NCBI GenBank assembly: GCA_965261595.1 | Contig: CBDHDG010000006.1 | Location: 928,001 to 992,000, forward strand | Reading direction: 5' to 3' | Origin: a bacterium | GTDB taxonomy: Bacteria > UBA8248 > JACPRG01 > G963555815 | DNA length: 64,000 bases | Shown here: positions 1 to 11,155 of the stretch, piece after piece | Numbering within the stretch: the stretch's first letter is position 1 | Layout: every line of letters starts with the position of its first letter | Program-made: the position numbers and the translations under genes | The notes under the pieces: model-generated | The model's input: only the letters and a program-made list of their open reading frames with translations | Told to the model about the DNA's origin: nothing | The model's database searches: none

Positions 1-353
1 CCTTCGGCTTCGGCTTCAGCGCCCTTGACAAGGATTGTCCGGAAGGGTCCCTCATTCATCCGCTGGGTCAGATAGATCACATGCCGCGCCGGCCCGCCGA
101 TATTGAGTCGGGCGATGACGCGGAGGATCTTGAGGGGACGTTTCTCTTGGCCGGAATGGACCATCGGTCTGCGTTCGAAAGTCGGTCGAGGGAAGAAAAT
201 CCAGAGGGTCGGACAGAATTATTCCGTCGGAGGTAGAACGCCCAACCAAGATGCCGCACGCCAATAGATTATCATCATCACGAACGTAGAAGCCACCCAG
301 CTCCCGAACGCCCTCTGATTCGCCGATTTCGGAATTTTCCGAAGCCGACCCTC

Positions 354-887
354 TCACATCGGCCGGGCGAGGCTACCGAACAGGCTCATCACGAGGCCGA
401 AGACGACGAGCTGGATAACGAACCCGATGGCGCAGACGCCGATGGCGCGGCCTGTGCTTTTGTAATCCAGGGCCTGGCGGACGGCGACGACCATGGCGAC
501 GATCATCCAGATGGAAGCCACGAAGAAGACCACGCCCCGGAGGCCCGGTATGACGCCGAGGACGCGGAGCAGACCGGGCGCGCTGGAAAAGCCCGTGGTC
601 CGCAGGAGCTCGCCCACGTCGGCCTTCGTCTGGGGCTCGGGCAGCAGGCGCGTCCCGATCCAGTACGTGATGAACGCCCAGACGTACCAGCCCAAAAGCG
701 CGGCGGCGGTCTGAAGGACGAAACCCCCGATCCCGGCCCGCATCCCCGCGCCGATCCCGGCGGCCAGACTCGCCAGCACCACGACCCCCATCGCCTGGCC
801 GAGGGTCTGCTTGTCGGCCTCGACCTCCTCATAGAGGCTCACATCGAGCTTTGACGCCCGAACCATCCGCTCCCAAAAAACTGACAT
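354..887 (-). CDS. YIP1-family multi-pass membrane protein
   Basis: ORF MSVFWERMVRASKLDVSLYEEVEAD... with ~5 hydrophobic segments; GGAGG upstream; start moved to the ATG at 887. Confidence 0.75.
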   Translation of the reverse strand: MSVFWERMVRASKLDVSLYEEVEADKQTLGQAMGVVVLASLAAGIGAGMRAGIGGFVLQTAAALLGWYVWAFITYWIGTRLLPEPQTKADVGELLRTTGFSSAPGLLRVLGVIPGLRGVVFFVASIWMIVAMVVAVRQALDYKSTGRAIGVCAIGFVIQLVVFGLVMSLFGSLARPM

Positions 888-934
888 GTCGAGATCCTTT
901 AACCTCCGTGACCAAAACGCCGCCGCCATCGAGG

Positions 935-2531
935 CTATCTTACCCCCGGCTCCGGATCAAGAACCTGTGTGGTCCCCGATGAACGCCCGGCCGCGCCGCG
1001 GTTTGACCGACTCCCCTCCGCTCCCGGGGGGCGGGTCAAGTCGACGATGATCCCGTCCCGTCCTTCCTCCAGAAACCGGTAGCGCTTCCGCAGATACCCG
1101 TCAAGCGCGGGGTTCCACCGCTTGAGCCCGGGGGGGGGACCGGTTGACGTAATACCGAACGCCCCGCTTCCGGTAGGACTCCAGCCCGGTTTCATCGATC
1201 TTCGTCCGGTGGCTCACGTACCAGCCTTTGCGGTCGGCGTAGTAGAGCAGATCGGTGTGGTGGTTGTCCTGGACCAGGAGCCGGTCCGCGGAAGAGGTCA
1301 GGGCGTCCACCCGCCGGCTGAGTCGCAGGACGGACAGGTCCGTCCTCAGTCGCTCGCCGACCTTCCAGATGGAATGGACCGGGACGAACAGGAGCAACGC
1401 GGCGACGGCCCACATGAGCGGATCGCGGCCCAGCCGGACTCCCCGCCGCCGCGCTCGCCTCGCCGCCGCGCTCGCCGCCTTTCCCGCGAAGAGACACCCC
1501 ACGGGAATGACGGGGAGCTGATAATACTCGTGGATGTAATTCCCCTTCGCGACAACGAAAAAGTAAAGCAGCACCGCCCCAAGCCACACGTGGAGGAAAT
1601 ACTCTCTCCGGCCCCGAACGGAAAGGCAGATCCCGGCCAGGAAGAGGGGAAAGGCCGCGAAGGCGAACATCTTCTCTCCCAGCCGGGTCAGAAAAATGAG
1701 CCGGTAGAACTTGGGGCGCAGCAGGTATTCGACACCGATGAGCTTGTCGTTCTGGAGCCAGAAGTTCCCTCCGCCGAGAGCCGCCCGCGCCTGCGCGCCC
1801 ATATAGGCGTACCAGAGAAGGGGCGGAACCAGGACGAGAACCAGGAAAAGCCAGAGCCGGCCGTCCCGCACGGCCCTTCCCCCGAGCTTGTCCCGCGCCA
1901 GGAAGGCCAGCGGGAACAGCAAGTATAACGCGGGCGCCTTCACCCCGACGGCCAGGCAGATCCCAAGCGCCGCGAGGGCGTAGTCCCACCCCCTTCCCCC
2001 CCCCTTTTTTTCACCGTCCAGCCACCGGCCGAAGTGGTGCAGGCCCATCACGGAGAAGAAGAGGAGCGAGGATTCGGGCATGAACGTCCGGGTGTAATAG
2101 ACGGCCATCGGCAGGACCGCGAACAGGCCGGCGGCGACCAGGGCGGCCGGCCGGTCCAGATATTTCTTTCCGAGGGCGTACAGATAGGCCAGCGTCCCCA
2201 TCGCGAAGAGCGCCGCCGCCAGCCGTCCCAGCCACTCCTTGACGCCGAGCGCTTGATAGAGGACGGCGACCAGGTAGGGAAAAATCTGAAACTCGAATTC
2301 GAAGTAGGGCGTCAGGTCGTCCAGCCGGGGGGCGAAGATGTTCATCCCGTCGCGGAGGAAATTCCGCGCCACCATGGCGGTGAGGGTCTGCCGCCAGGCG
2401 TGAAAATCCAAAAGCGGATTGAACAGCCCCCACATCCGGAAGGCAAAAGCCGCCGTGAAGATCAGCGCCAGGGCGATGAGCACATTCCGGTTGTCCGTCG
2501 CCCATCCGGAGGTCCCGGCGAAGTCCGACAA
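935..2531 (-). CDS. ArnT/GT39-like (GT-C fold) membrane glycosyltransferase, frameshift near the 3' end
   Basis: DFHAWRQTLTAMVARNF, EFQIFPY and RTFMPES motifs with many TM helices; the C-terminus continues in the 935..1195 frame after a C9 run at ~1130-1138. Confidence 0.75.
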
Positions 2532-2676
2532 CCGTGCCCCAGGGGTATGGGTTTTGGGTTGAAAGCCCAGTTTCTCTTGCCTCCCAGAGATAAGGACGTG
2601 AAGCCGGAGAAATGACCATAATGTACCACTTCGTGACTCATCCGGGAAAAAATTCGCTCCCTTTCAAGAAAACAGG

Positions 2677-2723
2677 TTGACAAATCGGAAAAGAGGGAGG
2701 ATACTTGAGTGAACGCTTACTCA
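2677..2723 (+). promoter_or_regulatory. sigma70-type promoter with overlapping palindromic TetR-type operator
   Basis: TTGACA (2677-2682), 17 nt, GATACT (2700-2705), directly followed by TGAGTGAACGCTTACTCA (2706-2723), upstream of the TetR gene. Confidence 0.6.
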
Positions 2724-2811
2724 TATACTGTGGTGGAGGCCTATACAAAGCCGGAAAGTCCCAAGAGACCAAGACAGGATCAGGAAAAGGGACCACCGCA
2801 ACGGGGAGTCT

Positions 2812-3378
2812 ATGCGAGACGGCGCCAAGACCAAATCACTCATCGAAAGGACGGCCCTGCGCCTCTTCGTCGAAAAGGGGATAAGCGAAACCACGGTCCG
2901 GGACATCGCCTCAACCGCAGGGATCGCCGAGGGGACGATGTACCGGCATTATGCCAGCAAAGAAGAGCTCGCGGGGACCCTGTTCGAGGAGAATCTGGCA
3001 GCGTACGTGCGGGAGCTGGATCGCCTGCAACAGGAACACCCAACGGTCAGGAGGAAGCTGGAAGCGATGATCCGCTTCACGTGCGCTTTTTTCGACAGCG
3101 ACCGCCACCTATATGCTTATCTCGTTCTCTATTTACACGGACAGCACAGGAGGGTGACTCCGGACATGCCGCATCCCGAGTTGTTGGTCCGCAACGTAAT
3201 CGCCGACGGGATGGAGCGGGGGGAGATTTCCGAAGGGGATCCGGACGTATCGGCGGCAATCGTGGTGGGGATCGTGAGGCAGATGGCCGTTTCCATCTTA
3301 TACGGACGGATCAAGCGCACCCTTACCAGTGTTGCGGATACCCTTGTGTCCGCAAGCTGGCGGATTCTGAACGGCTAG
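2812..3378 (+). CDS. TetR/AcrR family transcriptional regulator
   Basis: N-terminal HTH TTVRDIASTAGIAEGTMYRHYASKEEL. Confidence 0.92.
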   Translation: MRDGAKTKSLIERTALRLFVEKGISETTVRDIASTAGIAEGTMYRHYASKEELAGTLFEENLAAYVRELDRLQQEHPTVRRKLEAMIRFTCAFFDSDRHLYAYLVLYLHGQHRRVTPDMPHPELLVRNVIADGMERGEISEGDPDVSAAIVVGIVRQMAVSILYGRIKRTLTSVADTLVSASWRILNG

Positions 3379-4414
3379 TGCTTCCTTTCTGAGGAAGGCG
3401 TATTCCATTTCGAGGAGGGGTGCCGGAGTTGTAGCCGCGATTTGAGCGCAGGGTCAACCGACCCGGAGCGGAGTTCGGGGCTACACCCGAAAATCGATAC
3501 GCGAATTTATGCTGGTCCTCGCTTTGTGGGAAAAAATCATGAGTGACCGCTCATCCACCGGGTTCAAATCGGGTCCGCCCTCGATTGGGCCGGGCGTTAA
3601 TCTCCTTGTCTATTGTGTCAACAAAGTTATCAACCTGGCGACCCAAATCCGGCATACAACTCATACGATATCCATAAATCACGTTAATTCAAGTGGATAC
3701 AGATCCATCGTGTTTCGGCATCGCTCTTGCTATTGGGTCTGTCGTGACATTCATCGGGACTTCACGAAAATGGGATGTGCAACGGTGTGTGAAAGGAGTG
3801 GATACTGAGACGGGATTTTTTTTCGGGCAAATAATGAACGAATGTTCACTCACGAGGCAATCGCCTGAAACCGGGGTCCGTTCACAGCAAGGAGGGCGCG
3901 ATGAATCTCAAAAGATCAAGCAGTAGGCGCACGGGCAGTAATGAAGCCGGCTTCCATTTCTCCTTAAAAGACAGAGGGCGTAGCTCCATGAAGGAGTCTT
4001 TCATAGATGTCGCGCGCGCTTTCGCCGAAGCCGCCCGGGAATTCAAGAGTGACCTCGACTCGGTGAATAGCAAAAAGCCCTATCACGAACATAAACTGAC
4101 TCAGGACCAAGAGGATATGGTCTGATATCGGGTGGTCTCACCCGGGTCCTCAAACCGCGAAATAGTCGCTTTTGGCTTGCCTTGGCAGGCGTAAGTGAGT
4201 GACGAGAGGGAAAAATTTGGCCATGATAGCGAGCGAATATTCACTTACTTATCAAGGCAAATATCCCGCTGGGCGGCGGGCAAAGGGGGGGGATGATAGA
4301 TGACAAGCGTGTGATCGGGATCCGTCTAGGGATACGGAAACCATCGGGGATGGAATCAGGTCAACGGGAATTGGGGATGCTTGAACCAATTCTCAACCAA
4401 AAAGGGAGAGAACA

Positions 4415-5704
4415 ATGAGAGTAACGACCCGGAAAAAGAATGGTGCGAAAACCTTTTGGAAGTATCTCGGGATCCTCTTCGTCGCAGCCGGTCTGGCGGC
4501 GCCCGTCCCGAACGCCTGGGGGGACTCGTCGAAGAAGGCCGATCTGTCCCGACTCCTGGTCGTCGGCGATTCGCTCGCAGTGGGATTTCAAAACGGATCG
4601 CTCCTCGCCCGGCAACAGGTCAACGGCTTCGCCAGCCTGCTGGCCGACCAGGCGCAGGTGGCGCTTTCGCTTCCCCTCATCGCGGAGCCGGGCATCCCGA
4701 ACGTCCTGACGCTGGTGGATCTCGGTCCTCCGCCGGTGCTTGGCCGGGAGCCCGGGGTCTCGACCGGACGGACCAACCCGACGGTCCAGGCGACGAACCT
4801 GGCGGTGCCCGGGGCCACGGTGCAAGATGCGCTGACCACCCGGCCCGACTTCCTCTTCGACGACCTGACCGACCTGGTATTGGGACTTCCCGGTGTCTTC
4901 TCCGGAATCTCCCGCAGCCAGGTTGAATGGGCGGAGGCGCTTGCCCCCACCACAATCCTGATCTGGATCGGGAACAACGATGTCCTCGCCACCGCGATTC
5001 AGGCGGACGCCTCGCTCCTCACACCCGTTGCGGACTTCGAAGCGGCCTACGCGGAAGTGATGGATCGGCTGGCGGCGACGGGAGCGACGCTGGTGGTTGC
5101 GAACATTCCCGACATCTCCAGCATTCCGTTCCTGACATCGGCGGAAGAAGTCGCTGCGGTCATCGGGCTTCCGCTCGATTTCCTCGGCCCGATCCTGGGG
5201 ATCGGCCCGGGAGATCTCGTGACGCCCGACGCCTTCGAACTGATCGGCGAAATCCTCCGAGGCAGCGCGGGGCCTCTGCCCGATAACGTCGTCCTCGATG
5301 CGGACGAGGTCGCCGAGATCCGGACCGTCACCGAGGCCTTCAACGCCTTCATCGCCCGGCAGGCGGCGGCGAAGGGCGCGGCGCTGGTCGATTTCAACGC
5401 CCTGACCGACTCCATCGACGCCGACGGATTCGTCGTGGGCGGCCAGCGTCTCACACTCTCCTTCCTCGGCGGCGTGTTCTCGCTCGACGGGATCCACCCC
5501 ACGAACACGGGGCATGGACTGATCGCCAACGAGTTCATCAAGGCGTTGAACACGCGTTTCGCTGCGGGCATTCCTCCCGTGTCGATTCGGCGGATCCAAA
5601 AATCCGACCCGCTGGTTCTTCCGGGCATCGGGCATCCGCCTTCGGCCTTCGGGTCCATGGGCGCGGCGGCCGTCGCAGCCGTGCGCGCAGTCCTGGCCCG
5701 CTGA
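4415..5704 (+). CDS. Secreted SGNH/GDSL hydrolase
   Basis: Signal peptide ending AWG; blocks GDSL, GNND and DGIHP. Confidence 0.88.
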   Translation: MRVTTRKKNGAKTFWKYLGILFVAAGLAAPVPNAWGDSSKKADLSRLLVVGDSLAVGFQNGSLLARQQVNGFASLLADQAQVALSLPLIAEPGIPNVLTLVDLGPPPVLGREPGVSTGRTNPTVQATNLAVPGATVQDALTTRPDFLFDDLTDLVLGLPGVFSGISRSQVEWAEALAPTTILIWIGNNDVLATAIQADASLLTPVADFEAAYAEVMDRLAATGATLVVANIPDISSIPFLTSAEEVAAVIGLPLDFLGPILGIGPGDLVTPDAFELIGEILRGSAGPLPDNVVLDADEVAEIRTVTEAFNAFIARQAAAKGAALVDFNALTDSIDADGFVVGGQRLTLSFLGGVFSLDGIHPTNTGHGLIANEFIKALNTRFAAGIPPVSIRRIQKSDPLVLPGIGHPPSAFGSMGAAAVAAVRAVLAR

Positions 5705-5905
5705 GCCGCCCTCTGAGCGGCCTTAGCGGGAATGCGCGGTGAACCTCCCGCCCTCTTGATAAGGCCGCGGGGGAGTCGGACCGGATTGCGGGGGGGGGGC
5801 CTGAACAGCGCTGAAAGAGTCGTCTTCTCCGGGAGCGAAGAAGAGCGAATCACCGATCAAGCGGCGCCCGGACATCGGCGCAAAGCGGAAGAAAAGGAGG
5901 GGGCA

Positions 5906-7648
5906 ATGGACGCAGGTTCTCCATTCCGGTTCAAAATCGCAACCGAGCCGTGGGAATTCGCGCAGATCCACCGACTGAACTACAAGACCTTCGTAGAGGA
6001 AATTCCTCAACACGCTGCGAACCGGCTCAGGACTCGGGTCGACAAGTTCCATCATGAGAATACGTACGTCATTTGCCTCCTCGGTGATCGGGTGGTCGGC
6101 ATGGTGGCCGTTCGATCCGGGCACCCCTTCTCGCTCGACGAGAAGCTCGAAGACCTGGATTCCTACCTGCCCCCCGGCCGTTCGGTCTGCGAGCTCCGGC
6201 TCCTTTCCATCGAAAGGGATTACCGCAGGGGCGTCCTCTTCCATGGACTCCTGAGAGAGTCGGTGCTGCACTGCACCGCTCAAGGGTATGACCTGGTCGT
6301 CATCTCCGGGGCCCTGAGCCAACAGAAACTGTATGAGCGCCTCGGGTTCGTGCCGTTCGGACCCGTCGTCGGAACCCCCTCGGCGAGGTATCAACCCAGG
6401 TTCGTGACCTCGGAGAGATTTCTGGAAAAGGCCGGGAAGTTCCTCCCGGACCTCACCGGAGACTCCGCCGCTTCGAACCCCGTGAACCTGTTGCCCGGTC
6501 CGGTCGAAATTCGCCCGGAAGTCCGAAAGGCCTTCCAGGAAGCTCCAATTTCCCATCGGTCGGACATCTTCATGCGGGACTTTCACCAGACGAAGCGGCT
6601 CCTTTGCGAACCGCTCGGTTCCGGACGGGTCGAGATCTTTTCCGGTTCGGGCACGCTGGCGAACGATGTCATCGCCGGCCAACTGTCGTTGATCCCGGGG
6701 CGGGGGGGGCAAGGGTTGATCCTGAGCAACGGCGAATTCGGAGAGCGGTTGATCCTCCACGCAACGCGCTTTCGACTCCCATTCGAGACATTCCGCCTCG
6801 AATGGGGGGACACGTTCGATCGTGCACCGGCTCCGGCGTCTCCTGGACCGGGGTTCAAACATCCGGTGGTTGTGGGCCGTTCATTGCGAAACCTCGACCG
6901 GCGTCCTGAACGACATCGAGGCGTTGAAGGCGATCTGTGCGGAAAGAGACATCCGCCTCTGTATGGATTGCATCAGCTCGATCGGCACGGTCCCCATCGA
7001 CCTGGACGGCGTGTACCTCGCATCCGGGGTGAGCGAAAAGGAATCGGCGCGTTCCCGGGGTTGTCGCTGGTGTTCTATCACCACAAGGTCCTTCCGGCCC
7101 CGTCCGCGCTTCCGGGGTGTCTGGACCTCGGCCTCTACAGAGAAAGAGACGGGGTGCCGTTCACGATTTCCTCGAATCTTCTCTATGCCTTGCGCTCGGC
7201 CGTGAAGCGGCTTCACCAAAAAAGGCCTTTCGATGACCTTGCCGCACTCTCGATCCGGCTGAGGTCCGGGTTGCTCGAGGTCGGGTTTCGAATTGTCGCC
7301 CCCGAGGCGCACGCCTCCCCCGCTGTGGTCACGATCCCGTTGCCCGAATCGATAAGCTCCGAGGAGGTCGGGCGTCGGCTGGAAGAGCGCGGCTATCTCC
7401 TGCATTACAAGAGCGGCTATTTGGTCGAGCGAAACTGGATTCAAATCTGTCCAATGGGAAAATTTCCGAAGGAGGCGTTGTGTTCCCTGCTGAAGTCCCT
7501 GAGGGAGGCGGCCAACCCTGAAAATTTTCGTGATGTCACTCAGCCGTGGAGACCGCCCGAGAATTTTTTGGCTGATTTTGTGAGTGATTATTCACGCATA
7601 AATCCGCCGGAGCTTTCGGCTGATCGCGGGAAGGACCCAATTCAATGA
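5906..7648 (+). CDS. GNAT-like acyltransferase fused to class V PLP-dependent aminotransferase (two compensating frameshifts)
   Basis: N-terminal QIHRLNYKTFVEEIPQH...ELRLL; C-terminal LLPGPV, SHRS, SNGEFGERL; the conserved VHCETSTG...DCISSIG segment lies in the 6822..7205 frame between shifts at ~6828 and ~7036. Confidence 0.8.
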   Translation: MDAGSPFRFKIATEPWEFAQIHRLNYKTFVEEIPQHAANRLRTRVDKFHHENTYVICLLGDRVVGMVAVRSGHPFSLDEKLEDLDSYLPPGRSVCELRLLSIERDYRRGVLFHGLLRESVLHCTAQGYDLVVISGALSQQKLYERLGFVPFGPVVGTPSARYQPRFVTSERFLEKAGKFLPDLTGDSAASNPVNLLPGPVEIRPEVRKAFQEAPISHRSDIFMRDFHQTKRLLCEPLGSGRVEIFSGSGTLANDVIAGQLSLIPGRGGQGLILSNGEFGERLILHATRFRLPFETFRLEWGDTFDRAPAPASPGPGFKHPVVVGRSLRNLDRRPERHRGVEGDLCGKRHPPLYGLHQLDRHGPHRPGRRVPRIRGERKGIGAFPGLSLVFYHHKVLPAPSALPGCLDLGLYRERDGVPFTISSNLLYALRSAVKRLHQKRPFDDLAALSIRLRSGLLEVGFRIVAPEAHASPAVVTIPLPESISSEEVGRRLEERGYLLHYKSGYLVERNWIQICPMGKFPKEALCSLLKSLREAANPENFRDVTQPWRPPENFLADFVSDYSRINPPELSADRGKDPIQ

Positions 7649-7876
7649 GCCGCAGGCGCTCGAATCGATGCTTCGTCGTTGGGGCTGACATCCGGTTGGC
7701 CTTCTGGAGAGACTTCCGAAGGAGCAATAGGGACGGTCTGTCATGCGAAGGTCTTCCGTAGACGTCTCGCCCGCATTCGGCGAGGCCGTCCGAGAAATGA
7801 CCGATGCCCCTGACCCTCCGAATAGAGTGCAGTCCGATCGGAAGCGTGAAACCTATCCCCGTGAGGAGGAGAACTC

Positions 7877-8344
7877 ATGAAAGGTGAAAGCAAGACCCGG
7901 TTACCGTTGTTCATGGCCCTTGTCTTGGGTTTGGTCCAGGGCTGCGGGTGGGCATTTCATTACCCTCCCACACATGAGCCTCCCTTTCCGGAAATGTCGG
8001 CGCCTGGGAAAGCGTCGCCTCCCATCCCTCTGAAAGTGGCCTTCAAGGTCAGTGAGGATCTTCGGGGTCCAAGCGCAGCCATCTACACGGATTATACCGA
8101 AAAGTTTCACCGGGCCTTCGTGAATGGATTCATCTCGGCGAGACCTTTCTCCAAGGTCGTGGAATTGAAGGGAGATATCAAGATGGCCGACTACGACCTG
8201 TATCTGGAGATTGGCTTTGAGCCCGAGTATGATTTTCGAAACAAGTACTACGAGATTTCAAGCGGGTCCCTTCTCCCCGGAGCCCGCTATCAATTCGGCA
8301 CCTGGAAGTCCGCATCTTCGCAACCTCAAATCGAGAGTTCTTAA
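7877..8344 (+). CDS. Hypothetical lipoprotein, possibly truncated
   Basis: GAGGAG RBS; signal peptide with lipobox-like LVQGC. Confidence 0.5.
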   Translation: MKGESKTRLPLFMALVLGLVQGCGWAFHYPPTHEPPFPEMSAPGKASPPIPLKVAFKVSEDLRGPSAAIYTDYTEKFHRAFVNGFISARPFSKVVELKGDIKMADYDLYLEIGFEPEYDFRNKYYEISSGSLLPGARYQFGTWKSASSQPQIESS

Positions 8345-8921
8345 AGCGTTACTACTTCAAGACAAAAACCAAAGGTGTGGGCTGGGTCTGGGGGTTCTCC
8401 ACACTGCCCAGCGTGACGATGGAGGATTGGGGGTACGGGTTTGCACGGCGATTGGGATTGAGGCTATTGCAAGACCGAGGGTTCTTCGAAGGACTCGAAC
8501 AACCGTCAAAGCCCCGAAAATCGTAGGTTCCCGGCCCTTGCGAAACCGATGGCAGCCGCTGCCGGGCGCGTGCAGGATTCAGCCGACCCGCATCCCGTCT
8601 CTTGAGCAACCGTGAGCGCTTTTTCATGCAGGAGCGGGGCGCGGGGTCTTATTTGCAGGCGCCATCCAAAGAGTTTGCCGTTGGCGGCTTGTCCGCCGGC
8701 GCCTCCTCCTGTCTTCTCCCGATGGCACGGGAGGGTGACTTTCACCCACCCGCACGCTCGCACCCATTTCCGTGGCTCAAATCACCCGCTCGTTCCCCCC
8801 GTCCACCGGGACCTGCGCGGCGGTGGTCTTGGCGAAGAGCGGACCGCACATCTCCGCGGCCGGCTTCAGCAGGTGGTCCGGACGCACGGGCGCTAAAGGC
8901 CAGGCCCACCGACGCGCTCCC

Positions 8922-9857
8922 CTACGGCAAGAGCGCCTTCTCCACCGTGGCGTGAACGCCTTTGTTTCCATTCACCACCTGGGTGATGCGGAGGTCCACG
9001 GCGGCGGTGCAGAAGACGTAGGCGTCTTCCCGGCTGAGGCCGTGCTCATCGCTCAGAAAATTGATCATCTCCCGCAGGGCGGTCTTGGACGCGTTGTCCA
9101 GATCCCGGTCGAACCCCATCGTGATGTAGTGCGTCGGCGTCTCGGACCGGGGGAGGCTCAGCTTCATGTCCTTGCGGACGGTGAGGCGCACCGTCCCATC
9201 CATGCAGGTCTCGACGGCCGTCTGGTTGACCTCGCCGTCGCCCTGGACGGCGTGGCCGTCTCCGATGGAAAACCCCGCGCCCGGCTTCCAAACGGGAAGG
9301 TACACGGTGCTTCCGGCCACCAAGTCCTTGTTGTCCAGGTTCCCCCCGTGGACGTGGGGCGGGTTGCTGGGGATCTCGCCGAAACTTTCCGGCGGACAGA
9401 CGCCCAACTGGCCGAAGAACGGCTTGAGCGGAACCTTCCATCCCGAGACCACCTCGGCGGTTCTCCCCTCCAAGTCCAGGTCGATGACGCGGCAGGTGTT
9501 GTACGGGAAATCTTCCGGCAGGGCCCCGCCGAAAATCCGAATCAAATTCCATGCCCAATCGCACGCGAGTTTGATCTCCTCGACGGCGACCTCCAGGACG
9601 TCCCCCGGCTCGGCCCCTTCCACCGTGATGGGTCCCGTGAGGATGTGCGGACCGGCGCCGTGCCGGGACCGGGCGAGGATGTCGGTGAGCCCTTTCGGGA
9701 TTCTCCCGGCGTCGTCCGGCAGGAAGCCGTCTCGGCCCGAGACAGTGTGCGCGATGACCCGGTCGCCCGACTCGACGGTCAGGACGGAATCGAGCCGGTA
9801 ATCGTAGTAGCCGTAATGGACCGTTTCGGGCGTCGCGAAGAGCTCGTGGGTCTTCAT
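8922..9857 (-). CDS. Acetamidase/formamidase family protein
   Basis: HILTGPITVEGAEPGD, GGNLD and GDGHAVQGDGE motifs. Confidence 0.9.
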   Translation of the reverse strand: MKTHELFATPETVHYGYYDYRLDSVLTVESGDRVIAHTVSGRDGFLPDDAGRIPKGLTDILARSRHGAGPHILTGPITVEGAEPGDVLEVAVEEIKLACDWAWNLIRIFGGALPEDFPYNTCRVIDLDLEGRTAEVVSGWKVPLKPFFGQLGVCPPESFGEIPSNPPHVHGGNLDNKDLVAGSTVYLPVWKPGAGFSIGDGHAVQGDGEVNQTAVETCMDGTVRLTVRKDMKLSLPRSETPTHYITMGFDRDLDNASKTALREMINFLSDEHGLSREDAYVFCTAAVDLRITQVVNGNKGVHATVEKALLP

Positions 9858-9879
9858 GGGTTGGGTCTCCTGATCGTTT

Positions 9880-10063
9880 CTAGTGTAGTGTCTCCAAAAT
9901 AAATTGACACTTCACAAATTGCAGAGAAGCCGGGCAAGATGCCCGCCCTACCTGTTTTGATAACACCGGCTTTCCATCGCACGGTAGGCCGGGCATCTTG
10001 CCCGGCTGGAAAAGGACCATTCGGGTCACAATATGTAAAACCATTTACGAGACACTACACTAG
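9880..10063. mobile_element. MITE-like element with 15-bp terminal inverted repeats and an internal REP doublet
   Basis: CTAGTGTAGTGTCTC (9880-9894) / GAGACACTACACTAG (10049-10063); inverted GTAG-type REPs at 9929-9951 and 9984-10006. Confidence 0.7.
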
Positions 10064-11052
10064 GATGTAAGACCGAACAGCCGCCCGACGTTGCCGCCGA
10101 GGACCCGGGCCTCCGCCGCCGCGCCGAGGTCCGCCCGCTTCACGTCCCCGACGGGGTCGGGCGGGGTCATGTCATAGGGGTAGTCGCTCCCCAGGAAAAC
10201 GTTCTCCGCGCCCATCTCACCAACCAGATACGAAATGGCCGGGGGGTGATAGAGCAGACTGTCCCACCCGAGCCGCGAGAGGCCTTCGGCCGGCGGACTC
10301 GATAGGTGTTCGCGGACTTCCTCCGAGATGTCGTAGATGTGGCCCCAGCGCCCCTGGAGGTAGGGGACCGTCCCGCCCCCGTGGGCGAAAATCCAGCGGA
10401 TCCGCGGAAAACGCTCCAGCGTTCCGCTGAAGAGCAGATTCCCGACGGTCAAGGAGGTCTCCAGCGGAAATCCGACCCCGTTCCACAGCCGGTAGGCCCG
10501 CATCTTCTCGAAGCCCACCGGGGCGATGGGGTGGACGAACACGGGCATGCCGTGGGCGTTCAGCGTCTCATAAAGAGGATAAAAATCCTTCGCGCCCAGG
10601 TGTTCGCCTTTCACGTTGGAGGGCAGCATCACCCCGTGAAGCCCCAGCGCCCGCACCCGCTCCAGCTCCCGGGCCGCCAGGGCGGGATCCTGAAGGGGCA
10701 ACACCCCGAGGCCGATGAACTTCCCGGGGCGGGCGCGGACCAGATCGGCATAGGCTTCATTGCTTTCCCGGCAAAGCTCCCCCGCCAGGCCGGGGTCCGC
10801 GAAGAGAACGTTGGGGCGGGAGGAGTGATGGATGACCTGGACGTCCACCCCCATGGCCTCCATGTCCCGCAGCCGGACCTCGACGTCGAAGAACGGCCGA
10901 AGGGGCGGATGGAGAAGCCCCTGGAGCCGAAGCTCCCGCTCCCCCTCCCCCCCGGCGTCCCGGGTCAGCTCGACCCCGTATGCGGAACCCTCCCGCTCCA
11001 CCAGGTCGAGATACTTTTCCGGAAAGTAATGCGTATGAACGTCGATGATCAT
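10060..11052 (-). CDS. Amidohydrolase-2 family (ACMSD-like decarboxylase/hydrolase)
   Basis: IIDVHTH, VFVHP, AHGGG and LGSDYPY motifs. Confidence 0.9.
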   Translation of the reverse strand: MIIDVHTHYFPEKYLDLVEREGSAYGVELTRDAGGEGERELRLQGLLHPPLRPFFDVEVRLRDMEAMGVDVQVIHHSSRPNVLFADPGLAGELCRESNEAYADLVRARPGKFIGLGVLPLQDPALAARELERVRALGLHGVMLPSNVKGEHLGAKDFYPLYETLNAHGMPVFVHPIAPVGFEKMRAYRLWNGVGFPLETSLTVGNLLFSGTLERFPRIRWIFAHGGGTVPYLQGRWGHIYDISEEVREHLSSPPAEGLSRLGWDSLLYHPPAISYLVGEMGAENVFLGSDYPYDMTPPDPVGDVKRADLGAAAEARVLGGNVGRLFGLTS

Positions 11053-11155
11053 TCCCGCTCCCCCGATACCCGGGTGCATCCGGCCTCCATTCGATCATTG
11101 AGGTTGCCGGAAATTCCACTTACAATGCAACCCACCTGAAGAAGGAAGGCCGCCC

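Noticed and set aside
52..357. 101-aa minus-strand ORF overlapping the YIP1 stop
   Set aside because: No recognisable motif and weak coding signal; not enough support.
1130..1138. Phase variation of the glycosyltransferase at a C9 tract
   Set aside because: Cannot be separated from the homopolymer errors seen across the window.
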